Origin: Fastidiosibacter lacustris
GTDB lineage: Bacteria > Pseudomonadota > Gammaproteobacteria > Francisellales > Francisellaceae
Length of the DNA stretch: 32,000 nucleotides
Direction of reading: 5' to 3'
Assembly (NCBI RefSeq): GCF_003428155.1
Contig: NZ_QLIR01000008.1
Coordinates: 30,001 to 62,000, forward strand
The notes beneath the pieces were generated by a model, which was not told where the DNA came from, ran no database searches, and saw only the letters and a list, made by a program, of their open reading frames with translations. Shown here piece by piece: positions 9,603-18,067 of the stretch. Within the stretch, counting starts at the first letter, position 1, and each line of letters opens with the position of its first letter. The translations under genes were made by a program, and so were the position numbers.

Positions 9603-11591
9603 CTATTTAATCGACTGCATTAAGTAACGAATAATAGCATCATCTTCTTTGATCATTGGTGATTGAAAGCTAAGTGGAATCAACTTAGGCTTCATCAAAT
9701 AACCTTCTTGTTGAATTTTCTTTAAGCTATCTAAATGCTTAAGTGAAGTTTTACCCGTAAATAAAAGACTGATATCCACTGTATGATAAGCTTGAATGAC
9801 CTCGCGTAACCCACTTAAATACAAAAAGTCTTTGCTAAAGCCCCCTCCTCGATAGACTCGCGCTACTAGGCAAAAACAAGCATGTGCTTCCAAAGCACAG
9901 ATAGAGCGCATGTAATGATAAGTCTTGGCAAACTCCATATGCTTAATCATATGTTCTACAGCAATCACCCGTAATGCTAATTCATGTAGACGCTTAATGG
10001 TTAAATTTCCAGAAAGGTACTCGCTGAATATTGCCAAGCCTTCCTGAGTGTGAGTATTATTTGGTAGACCCAAGCGCAACAATGATAAAGGTTGAGCTTC
10101 AGAATTAATAGTAGTTAAGGCATGGACTCCTACTTCGTGGTGAATAAGTGCTTGCAACTCTTTGTCAGTAAAATTTGCATTTTTATTAATCACCACTTCA
10201 CGCTTATTATTATCCACCATTGCCTTAGCAATCATTTGATCACTTAATTTAACCGTAAAATCAATACCATATTGATGTATGACTTCTTGAAACAATTGAA
10301 TGATGGAATCACCTGCAAGCGTTGGCTGTTTCGTTTTGTCTTCTATATCAGGGGCATGTAATAAGAAGGTTGCATTGGCAATATCACGATTGCTGGGTTC
10401 GCCATAAATACGCAGGCTGTTATAAAAAAACTCATCCTTACTGATACTCGTTAATAGATCCATATCTAGCGCAAGCGCATCAATTACTTCAGTGTAAAGC
10501 TGCCTTAATGTAGGCGAGCTGACTCGATTAATTGGTAAATGATAAAGCTTTTCCCTAAATTCAAACGGATTAATTTTAAGTTGACGATAACGAAATTTAG
10601 GTTCATAGTTGCCACGCTTTTGAAAAAACTTCTTCTCTTCAGCATGAAAATTAATGGGATTGACATAATTTAATATATCAATTTTACGCGATAACTGAAA
10701 CAAGCAGCGATCAAACTCTAATAATGTTTTATCGACGATGCTTTGCTGTCTTTTAGCTTTAAGTTTTACCTGCTTAAATGTACTTATAAACCTATAAATA
10801 ACGCTTTGCAAACCTTGAGCAATTGCCTCAATCATAAGTGGGGAAGGTTCACCTGTAAGCTCATCCATATAAACTTTTTTAATCTCTAATGGAATCAGTA
10901 AAGTGTCACTAAAATGTTCACGAATAAACTGTGCTTGATAACCACGCCCATAAAACACTAAATCGCACTCAACATTAACATCGATATTATGAATATTCAT
11001 TTCTGAAATAAGCAGCTGATTAAACTGAGTTAAACATTTTTGCCATTTACCCTTATTAATAAAATGCGTACCAATATTAAATACAGGCGAAAGCGTGTCA
11101 CAAATCCGTTGATAATTGTAGCTATGCACATCAAACACACAGCATTTTTTATACTGCTGTTCTAAGGTTTCGACAAGCGCATTTAAAACTTGATAATAGC
11201 TTTGATGTTGTGTTTGAAGTTTAGTGATCACTTTGTTTGTTAATGGTCTTTTCCACACAGCTTTTTCCCAAGCACGCTCATAAATACATGACCCTGGGAT
11301 ACGATTTAAATCATAAGCATAGCGAGAATCATGACCAATCAATGTAATGGGTAAATCGCTAATAAAATAATCTGTAAAAGGGTCTTCCTCGTAGTAGCGC
11401 TCGACTTTAGATAATGCACAATTCTGTTCTAAAGTTTTATCTAAATGCTCTCCTGCATGAATGGCGGTGGCAACGAATGGCACATAATTGCAAATTGCAA
11501 TACTAAACCCACCATGATCAACTTTTGCTTTAAAACATTCATGCGCTTTGATTTTAGCCACAATCTCTTTAGTTGATAGAGTTTGCATCAT
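9603..11591 (-). CDS. Fusion protein: N-formylglutamate amidohydrolase-like domain + DUF1704 / QEGLA-motif (MATCAP-family) metallopeptidase domain
   Basis: N-terminal about 270 aa has IHAGEH and FDVHSY (FGase-like). C-terminal about 350 aa has HHEVGVH (H-E-x3-H) and THTQEGLAIFSEY (QEGLA signature). AAGG SD lies upstream of ATGATG. 23-nt overlap with the upstream ATP-grasp gene. Confidence 0.8.
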   Translation of the reverse strand: MMQTLSTKEIVAKIKAHECFKAKVDHGGFSIAICNYVPFVATAIHAGEHLDKTLEQNCALSKVERYYEEDPFTDYFISDLPITLIGHDSRYAYDLNRIPGSCIYERAWEKAVWKRPLTNKVITKLQTQHQSYYQVLNALVETLEQQYKKCCVFDVHSYNYQRICDTLSPVFNIGTHFINKGKWQKCLTQFNQLLISEMNIHNIDVNVECDLVFYGRGYQAQFIREHFSDTLLIPLEIKKVYMDELTGEPSPLMIEAIAQGLQSVIYRFISTFKQVKLKAKRQQSIVDKTLLEFDRCLFQLSRKIDILNYVNPINFHAEEKKFFQKRGNYEPKFRYRQLKINPFEFREKLYHLPINRVSSPTLRQLYTEVIDALALDMDLLTSISKDEFFYNSLRIYGEPSNRDIANATFLLHAPDIEDKTKQPTLAGDSIIQLFQEVIHQYGIDFTVKLSDQMIAKAMVDNNKREVVINKNANFTDKELQALIHHEVGVHALTTINSEAQPLSLLRLGLPNNTHTQEGLAIFSEYLSGNLTIKRLHELALRVIAVEHMIKHMEFAKTYHYMRSICALEAHACFCLVARVYRGGGFSKDFLYLSGLREVIQAYHTVDISLLFTGKTSLKHLDSLKKIQQEGYLMKPKLIPLSFQSPMIKEDDAIIRYLMQSIK

Positions 11592-12612
11592 CGATTACCT
11601 TAGTTAATAATTTCTTATGCTCAATTAAGTTTCTACGTGTAATAACAATATTTTCTATAAAATCGATCACTTTTTCTTGTAGTTTTACTTTGTTTAACGT
11701 ATTAATCCTTGAAATTCCACCTGGGCTTTGAACATTAACTTCAATAAGCTTACCATTGATGACATCAATACCAACAAAATATAAGCCATCTTCCACAAGC
11801 TTAGGACCAATAAATTTGCATAACGTTTTTTCGTCTTTGCTTAGCACATGCTTTTTAACATAGCCACCTGCATGGACATTAGAGCGAATATCACCTTTTG
11901 CGGGAATACGCCGCATCGCACCAATTGGTTCACCATTTAACATCAAAATACGCACATCACCTTGATCTGCTCCTTCTACATACTCTTGCAAAATAACGTA
12001 ATTGCCTTTTGAATTTTTATTCCCTATATAAAAATCTAACAATGATCTAAAGTTAGATGCTGCTTTTTTCTCAACGATGATCACACCTTCACCACCAAAA
12101 CCATTTAGAGGTTTTAAAATCATTCTATCTCCAGGAGACTCTGCTAAAACACGCTGTAAATACTCACGGTTTTTTGAAGCGTGTGTCACTGGAATAAAAC
12201 GGTTTTCGTGATCGTTGAAGGATGATGTATAAAGCTTGTTATTAGCAATCCTTAAGCCATTTAGGCTATTCATGATAAAAGTATGTGAGTCTACCGAATC
12301 TAAGAAGTTTAAAGCCAAAGTGTCCAGCGGTGGATTATCGCGCATAAAAATCATATCAAACCCTGACAATGGCAATTGGCAGCGCTTAAATTTGGCGTTT
12401 TTATAAAAGGAAACAAAATTATTAGTTACCTTTGTTTCTTTAGTAAAAACGTCAACGTAGGCTTGAGCAACGCTATTACGAATTGTAAGGTTATTTGGAG
12501 TTGTCAATGCAACCATGTGCCCTCTTTTGACACACTCATGAATCAAGCGTAAAGTTGAATCCATTTGAGCCTCAACACGCTCCCAAGGGTACATAATAAA
12601 ACATATTCTCAT
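11569..12612 (-). CDS. Glutathione-synthetase-like ATP-grasp ligase
   Basis: GshB-type N-domain (MRICFIMYPWERV...DSTLRLIHECVKRGH) and ATP-grasp motifs ILKPLNGFGGEGV and FVGIDVINGKLIEVNVQSPGG. Start placed at ATG 12612 (AGGA SD); the track start at 12675 is probably an extension. Confidence 0.8.
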   Translation of the reverse strand: MRICFIMYPWERVEAQMDSTLRLIHECVKRGHMVALTTPNNLTIRNSVAQAYVDVFTKETKVTNNFVSFYKNAKFKRCQLPLSGFDMIFMRDNPPLDTLALNFLDSVDSHTFIMNSLNGLRIANNKLYTSSFNDHENRFIPVTHASKNREYLQRVLAESPGDRMILKPLNGFGGEGVIIVEKKAASNFRSLLDFYIGNKNSKGNYVILQEYVEGADQGDVRILMLNGEPIGAMRRIPAKGDIRSNVHAGGYVKKHVLSKDEKTLCKFIGPKLVEDGLYFVGIDVINGKLIEVNVQSPGGISRINTLNKVKLQEKVIDFIENIVITRRNLIEHKKLLTKVIDDANSIN

Positions 12613-12800
12613 TTTTAGTGTCCTGATTTTTATTCTTTTTCGCTCATGATTTCTATTAACCACTGATCTAAACAATCAAACATAAAATCTGTCATTAGTC
12701 CTTTATCATTAAGTTGGTAAAGCGTAAGCATCAATTGATTAAACTTCGATTTCCATTTTGGCAGGTAGATTAATACTCTATTCTCTGGTCACCTAACTTA

Positions 12801-12844
12801 TATCTGTAAACTGTAATGCATATATCTGTAAACTGTAATGCATA
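12801..12844. repeat. Perfect 22-bp tandem duplication (2 copies)
   Basis: TATCTGTAAACTGTAATGCATA occurs at 12801-12822 and again at 12823-12844. Each unit contains CTGTAA twice. The site lies between the rnhB stop and the ATP-grasp operon start. Confidence 0.9.
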
Positions 12845-12851
12845 TCATAGA

Positions 12852-13424
12852 TCAATTACTTTGACCTATCATTAGCTTTGCTACAGGAGAGAAGCTTTTA
12901 CGATGTTCAGAAAGCACACCATACTTTTGGAGCATTTCCATATGTAACTTGGTTGGATATCCCTTATGCTTAGCAAATTGATACATAGGATAATGTTGAT
13001 CAAGCGCAATCATTTGTTGGTCACGATAAACCTTAGCCAAAATTGATGCAGCACTGATTGCTTGAATTTTACTATCTCCTTTGACAATCGCCTCTGACTC
13101 AAACGACCAAATGGGTAAATGATTGCCATCCACTAGTACTCTATGAAAATCTGTTTCGATTTTTGCTACCGCACGATGCATCGCCAATAAACTTGCTTGT
13201 AAGATATTAAGCTTATCTATCTCGCTGGCGGTACACTCAGCAATAGCATAGGCTTTTGCATTTGTCATGATTTCTTCATATAAAGCTTTACGCTTTTTTT
13301 CTGTTAATTGCTTAGAATCTGTCAAACCAAGAATAGGTCTTTTTTCATCTAATATTACAGCAGCTGCCACCACCGAACCAACTAATGGACCTCGACCTGC
13401 TTCATCCACACCAACGATGATCAT
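12852..13424 (-). CDS. rnhB: Ribonuclease HII
   Basis: [23 protein letters not shown] (DEAGRG active-site motif), 190 aa. 4-nt overlap with the trmJ stop. Confidence 0.95.
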   Translation of the reverse strand: MIIVGVDEAGRGPLVGSVVAAAVILDEKRPILGLTDSKQLTEKKRKALYEEIMTNAKAYAIAECTASEIDKLNILQASLLAMHRAVAKIETDFHRVLVDGNHLPIWSFESEAIVKGDSKIQAISAASILAKVYRDQQMIALDQHYPMYQFAKHKGYPTKLHMEMLQKYGVLSEHRKSFSPVAKLMIGQSN

Positions 13425-14152
13425 TTTTTTCCCCCTTTAATTTGACTCAAGAACCCACGTAATATTTTGATTTCTTGTGACTCTAACTGCGCACGTTGAA
13501 ATAAGCGCTTTAACCTATCAACAACTTGTCCTGGTTTGTCTGGATTTAAAAATCCCACTTCAATCAGCTTTTGCTCCAACTGGGTATAAAATGCTTGTAC
13601 GTCTTTTATGGAAGCTTTATCTTGAATGTGACTTTGCTTTGGTAAAAGTTGTGCCTCATCCTGTTCTTTAAACTGTTTATGCAATTCATAACAAATAATT
13701 TGTACTGCTTGAGCCAGGTTAAGCGAAGTATAGTGTTCATTACTGGGAATATAGGCATGCAAATGACACATCAATAATTCATTATTAAAAAGTCCTGTGC
13801 GTTCTCGCCCAAATAAAATTGCTACATTTAATCCTTTTTTGGCATAGCTGAGTGCTTCTTTGCTGGCATCTTGTGCGCTTAACATTGGCAGATCCATACG
13901 TCTTGTCCTGGCACTGGTACCAATTACTAAATCCACTCCATCTAATGCTTCGATAAGTGTTGATACAATTTTGGCATTGTTAACCACATCCATTGCGTGT
14001 GCTGCACTTGCCAATGCCTGTTCATCTGGCAAATATTTTGGCTTAACTAAATAAAGTTCATTAATTTGCATATTCAACATTGCTCGCGCACTACTACCAA
14101 TATTGCCAGTATGTGAGGTCTCAATTAATACAATCCGTATTTTATTCAACAT
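13421..14152 (-). CDS. trmJ: tRNA (cytidine/uridine-2'-O)-methyltransferase TrmJ (SpoU/TrmH family)
   Basis: [25 protein letters not shown] parallels E. coli TrmJ [25 protein letters not shown]. Start set at ATG 14152. Divergent from suhB, as in E. coli. Confidence 0.9.
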   Translation of the reverse strand: MLNKIRIVLIETSHTGNIGSSARAMLNMQINELYLVKPKYLPDEQALASAAHAMDVVNNAKIVSTLIEALDGVDLVIGTSARTRRMDLPMLSAQDASKEALSYAKKGLNVAILFGRERTGLFNNELLMCHLHAYIPSNEHYTSLNLAQAVQIICYELHKQFKEQDEAQLLPKQSHIQDKASIKDVQAFYTQLEQKLIEVGFLNPDKPGQVVDRLKRLFQRAQLESQEIKILRGFLSQIKGGKK

Positions 14153-14242
14153 CTTTAAAATTGAACCTATCACCTTATTCATAAATAAGCTATTATACAC
14201 AACTAATTTTTTATGAGAGCAAAAAACCAAAAGGTATTGCCA

Positions 14243-15052
14243 ATGCATCCAATGATGAATGTTGCAGTAAAAGCTGCGCGCAAAGCAGGTCGCATGATTC
14301 TAAATGCCAGTGAAAATATGCAAAATGTTCAAATACAAACTAAATCACATAACAACTATGTTACTAATGTCGACGTTGAAGTAGAAAAAGCCATTGTTGA
14401 TATTTTGCAAAGAGCTTTTCCTGATCAATATTACATTACTGAAGAATCAGGAGAATTTGGGAAAAAAAACAGCGATCACACGTGGATTATTGACCCAATT
14501 GATGGCACCAACAACTTTATACATCGGATCCCACACCATTGCGTATCAATCGCCATGCAGTTTCGTGGCAAAACTGAGCTTGCAGTTGTTTACAATCCTT
14601 ATTTGGATCAACTGTTTACTGCAACAAAAGGCTCTGGCGCACAATTAAACGGTCAGCGTATCCGAGTTGCTAATCGTAAAGACTTCACTGGTTGCTTGTT
14701 CTCAGGTGCATTGAAGTTTAGTAAAAAAGTGTTCGCACCTAGCTATCCTGAGGCAGTATTAGATTTACATAAAGAAATTTCAGGACTTCGTTATTCTGGC
14801 TCTCTTGCCCTTGACATGTGCTATGTTGCAGCTGGCTACTTAGATGCCGTTTGGACTTCACGTGATGCCAAGATCTGGGATACAGCAGGTGCAGCTTTAA
14901 TTATCAAAGAAGCAGGTGGAATGCTTTGTGGTTTAGATGGTGGGGTAAACTTCTTAGATGATGGTCGCTTAATTGCAGGAAATCCACGAATTGTCTCCAA
15001 ATTGACAAAATTCTTAGCGCCACATTTAATGCCTGCTAATAGCGAAGCCTAA
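14243..15052 (+). CDS. suhB: Inositol-1-monophosphatase family protein SuhB
   Basis: MHPMMNVAVKAARKAG parallels E. coli SuhB MHPMLNIAVRAARKAG. WIIDPIDGTNNF metal-binding motif. Start set at ATG 14243. Confidence 0.9.
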   Translation: MHPMMNVAVKAARKAGRMILNASENMQNVQIQTKSHNNYVTNVDVEVEKAIVDILQRAFPDQYYITEESGEFGKKNSDHTWIIDPIDGTNNFIHRIPHHCVSIAMQFRGKTELAVVYNPYLDQLFTATKGSGAQLNGQRIRVANRKDFTGCLFSGALKFSKKVFAPSYPEAVLDLHKEISGLRYSGSLALDMCYVAAGYLDAVWTSRDAKIWDTAGAALIIKEAGGMLCGLDGGVNFLDDGRLIAGNPRIVSKLTKFLAPHLMPANSEA

Positions 15053-15066
15053 AGACATTCACTCAT

Positions 15067-16350
15067 ATGTTAGCCCTTAACAATCCGCGTGCTATTGCCT
15101 GTCATATTATTCACCAAATCGTACAACATAAAGAATCACTTATTCATCTTGATCAACTGCTTAAAGCTTACAATCTAGACCGACAAAATACACGCTTAGT
15201 TTATGTTTTATGCTATGGCGTTTTTCGTCATTTCTTTTACCTAGATGCTTGTGTTGATCGATTAGCAAAAAGTAAAACAAAAGCTAAAATACGCTTAATT
15301 AGCATGGTCGGCTTATATCAACTTTTGTTTATGAATAAAGCCAAACATGCACTTATTCATGAGACGGTTGAGGCTTGCCAAGAATTAAATCTTGAAAACG
15401 CTAAAGGCTTTATCAATGCTCTTTTACGTAAGGTTGCACTTGATTCAACAGTTCTACCACCTATGATAGGTTTTCCTGAGATCCCTGATTGGTTATATGG
15501 GAAACTTAAAAAACACTACCCTTATGATATAAAATGTCTTATTGACGAGAGTAATAAGCAAGCACCTATGTTTTTACGTCTAAATCAACAAAAAAACCAA
15601 ACAGAATTATTAACCACATTGAAACAACAAGGCATTGAATATCATATCACCGATCTACCTTATTGTATTTATCTACAACAAGCCTGTAATATAGACGAAT
15701 TACCGTTATTTGATGAAGGGTTTTATACCGTTCAAGATTTATCAGCACAATATGCCGCACATATCCTACAACCCAAACCAAATGAAAAAGTATTGGATGC
15801 TTGTGCAGCTCCTGGCGGGAAAAGCACTCATCTACTTGAATATTGTCCAGATATCCAACTGACCATTATGGATAATAATCAAAAGCGCTTTCCACGTATA
15901 AAAGAAAATATTAAACGCTTGCAACAGCTGAAGTTAAATATCACCTTTCTACTACATAATGCAACACAAGCCCTCCCTCAAAACTCGCAATTTGATAAGA
16001 TACTTATTGACGCACCATGCAGTGCCACAGGTGTTATTCGTCGCCATCCTGATATTAAGGTTTTACGTACACCAGAAGAAGTCAAAAGCATCGTTGAAAC
16101 ACAAAAAGCGATTTTAAATAACCTATGGCAATACTTAAAACCCAATGGGCTTATGCTTTATGCAACCTGCTCTATTTTACCTGAAGAAAATGATAAACAA
16201 ATCAATAGCTTTTTACAAAATCATTTAGATGCCTATATATTAGATATTCCAATTTTAAATTTTAAGGCAAAGCAACAACATGGTTATCAACTCTTCCCAA
16301 AAACACGAGCGGGAGATGGATTTTATTATTGTTTAATACAAAAAAAGTGA
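15067..16350 (+). CDS. rsmB: 16S rRNA (cytosine967-C5)-methyltransferase
   Basis: NusB-like N-domain plus VLDACAAPGGKSTH (SAM motif), IDAPCSATGVIRRHPDIK and LMLYATCSI (catalytic Cys motifs). Confidence 0.9.
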   Translation: MLALNNPRAIACHIIHQIVQHKESLIHLDQLLKAYNLDRQNTRLVYVLCYGVFRHFFYLDACVDRLAKSKTKAKIRLISMVGLYQLLFMNKAKHALIHETVEACQELNLENAKGFINALLRKVALDSTVLPPMIGFPEIPDWLYGKLKKHYPYDIKCLIDESNKQAPMFLRLNQQKNQTELLTTLKQQGIEYHITDLPYCIYLQQACNIDELPLFDEGFYTVQDLSAQYAAHILQPKPNEKVLDACAAPGGKSTHLLEYCPDIQLTIMDNNQKRFPRIKENIKRLQQLKLNITFLLHNATQALPQNSQFDKILIDAPCSATGVIRRHPDIKVLRTPEEVKSIVETQKAILNNLWQYLKPNGLMLYATCSILPEENDKQINSFLQNHLDAYILDIPILNFKAKQQHGYQLFPKTRAGDGFYYCLIQKK

Positions 16351-16368
16351 AAGCTAACGTCTTGTCCC

Positions 16369-17223
16369 CTATTGATAAAAAGTACAAGCACACCTACTAT
16401 CATGATAGGCGTACAGCGTTTGTGCAACTGAAGTTGAGCCTGTTGCAAAATTCCCTTTATTATCCAGTGCAATTAATCCAACATAATCATCAAGTGCATC
16501 ACTTTCCTTAATGCTTTTATCGACTGCCTGTTGCAAGCTCATCCCATCTCTTACACGGGTATGTACTTTAGCAGCAACCGCTTCATTGATGATTTGCTCA
16601 CCAATCCCTGTACAAGATATGCCCATTATTTTTGAAGCATAATTACCTGCTATCGTTGGGCTATCACCAACACGCCCTGGAACTTCAAAACCAGCCCCTC
16701 CTGTGGAAGTTAAGGCAACAATATTATTCGAATGATCAAGCACCACCACACCAATCGTGCCAGTTAATCCTTTTTTAAGCTCAAGATATTCTTGGTAACG
16801 ATGCTCAGTAATTGGATTATACTTGGGCATTTTTAAACGATGGCGTGCATAATATGTTGCTTCATTTGCTGCTAGAATACTATGCTGATGAGTCAAAAGT
16901 GATGCTGCTACTTCACTTGGATATTGAATATCTTGAATATTGATGACTGCTGCAAATTTGCCTAAGCAGCTATCCATAATCGAAGCTGACATGCGCACTT
17001 GACCATCTTGCTGTAACCTTGAACCAGTTCCTGCATTGAAAATGGGAACATCTTCTAAACACTTTGCTGTAAATACCGCAGTTTTTAATGCATCATCACT
17101 TTTTTGTAAAAATGAATAGGCTTGTTTGATAATTGTTAATAAATGATTGTGGTAATCTTGAAACCTTGTGTTGTAATCTTCTCTTGCGCCACAGCCTCCA
17201 TGAATAATGATTCTTTGCATCAT
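16369..17223 (-). CDS. iaaA: Isoaspartyl peptidase / plant-type L-asparaginase (Ntn hydrolase)
   Basis: Autoprocessing/nucleophile site LTG|TIGVVVLD, HGGCGA N-terminus, GAGFEVPGRVGDSP. ATGA overlap with the cphB stop. Confidence 0.85.
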   Translation of the reverse strand: MMQRIIIHGGCGAREDYNTRFQDYHNHLLTIIKQAYSFLQKSDDALKTAVFTAKCLEDVPIFNAGTGSRLQQDGQVRMSASIMDSCLGKFAAVINIQDIQYPSEVAASLLTHQHSILAANEATYYARHRLKMPKYNPITEHRYQEYLELKKGLTGTIGVVVLDHSNNIVALTSTGGAGFEVPGRVGDSPTIAGNYASKIMGISCTGIGEQIINEAVAAKVHTRVRDGMSLQQAVDKSIKESDALDDYVGLIALDNKGNFATGSTSVAQTLYAYHDSRCACTFYQ

Positions 17224-18038
17224 ATCACCCTTACTTCATGTACGTTGGCATCATACTTACTGCCTTCTAATAGTAAGTGCATGCGGATGCCAACTAAACT
17301 AATTGGATCATTATCACGTGCATCTGGCATAGAAGAGTGTTCAATATGGGACATATCAATAATGGTCAATGCCCCACTACCAACAACTTCAATCACACCA
17401 TCATGTGCCAAAAACGCACCTGTATCCTCATCGATGCCAACACCGGTCACAAATGGATTATAGGAAAGCGCTGTTAATAAACGCCCTAACCGATCACGTT
17501 GTGAGAAGTGTTGATCTACTAAAATCTTATTGGTCAATCCTAGCCCTGGTGCCATATTAACCATATTATAACGTGGCATAAATCCATTTGCCCCTCCTAC
17601 AATCATATGCTCAGAAATAAACGCCGCTCCTGCTGAGGTGCCTGCAACATGAACTCCTTTGGCATTACATCGACGAATCAATTGCGCCACTTTAGTCCCA
17701 CCCAAAATCGTAGATAACAAGAGCTGATTACCACCTGTCATAAAAATGCCTGTTGCTTTTTCAAAATGAGCCAAATACGCTTCTTTATAAGTATCTGCAC
17801 GATTTTGAATTTCTAAACTGATTGCATTTTTAACCCCAAGGTTATTAAAAATTTTAACGTATTCACTCCCAGTATCTAGTAACTTAGATGCTGTTGGGAT
17901 AATCACAATATACGCATCTTCACCACCACTTAACTCAATAAACCTTGTCAGCACTTTAGAAGAAGTAAATTTATCTTCTCGACCACCAATTGGAATAATA
18001 TAACCTCTATGAATACCTGAAACTGTCGGTGCTGGCAC
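17220..18038 (-). CDS. cphB: Cyanophycinase (S51 peptidase)
   Basis: IIPIGGRED, MTGGNQ, AGTSAGAA (catalytic Ser). Start best placed at GTG 18038, which lies 7 nt downstream of GGAGG (18046-18050, minus strand). The track start at 18074 is a TTG overlapping the upstream gene. Confidence 0.9.
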   Translation of the reverse strand: MPAPTVSGIHRGYIIPIGGREDKFTSSKVLTRFIELSGGEDAYIVIIPTASKLLDTGSEYVKIFNNLGVKNAISLEIQNRADTYKEAYLAHFEKATGIFMTGGNQLLLSTILGGTKVAQLIRRCNAKGVHVAGTSAGAAFISEHMIVGGANGFMPRYNMVNMAPGLGLTNKILVDQHFSQRDRLGRLLTALSYNPFVTGVGIDEDTGAFLAHDGVIEVVGSGALTIIDMSHIEHSSMPDARDNDPISLVGIRMHLLLEGSKYDANVHEVRVI

Positions 18039-18067
18039 CTTTATACCTCCTATTTGCTTAGGGTTTA

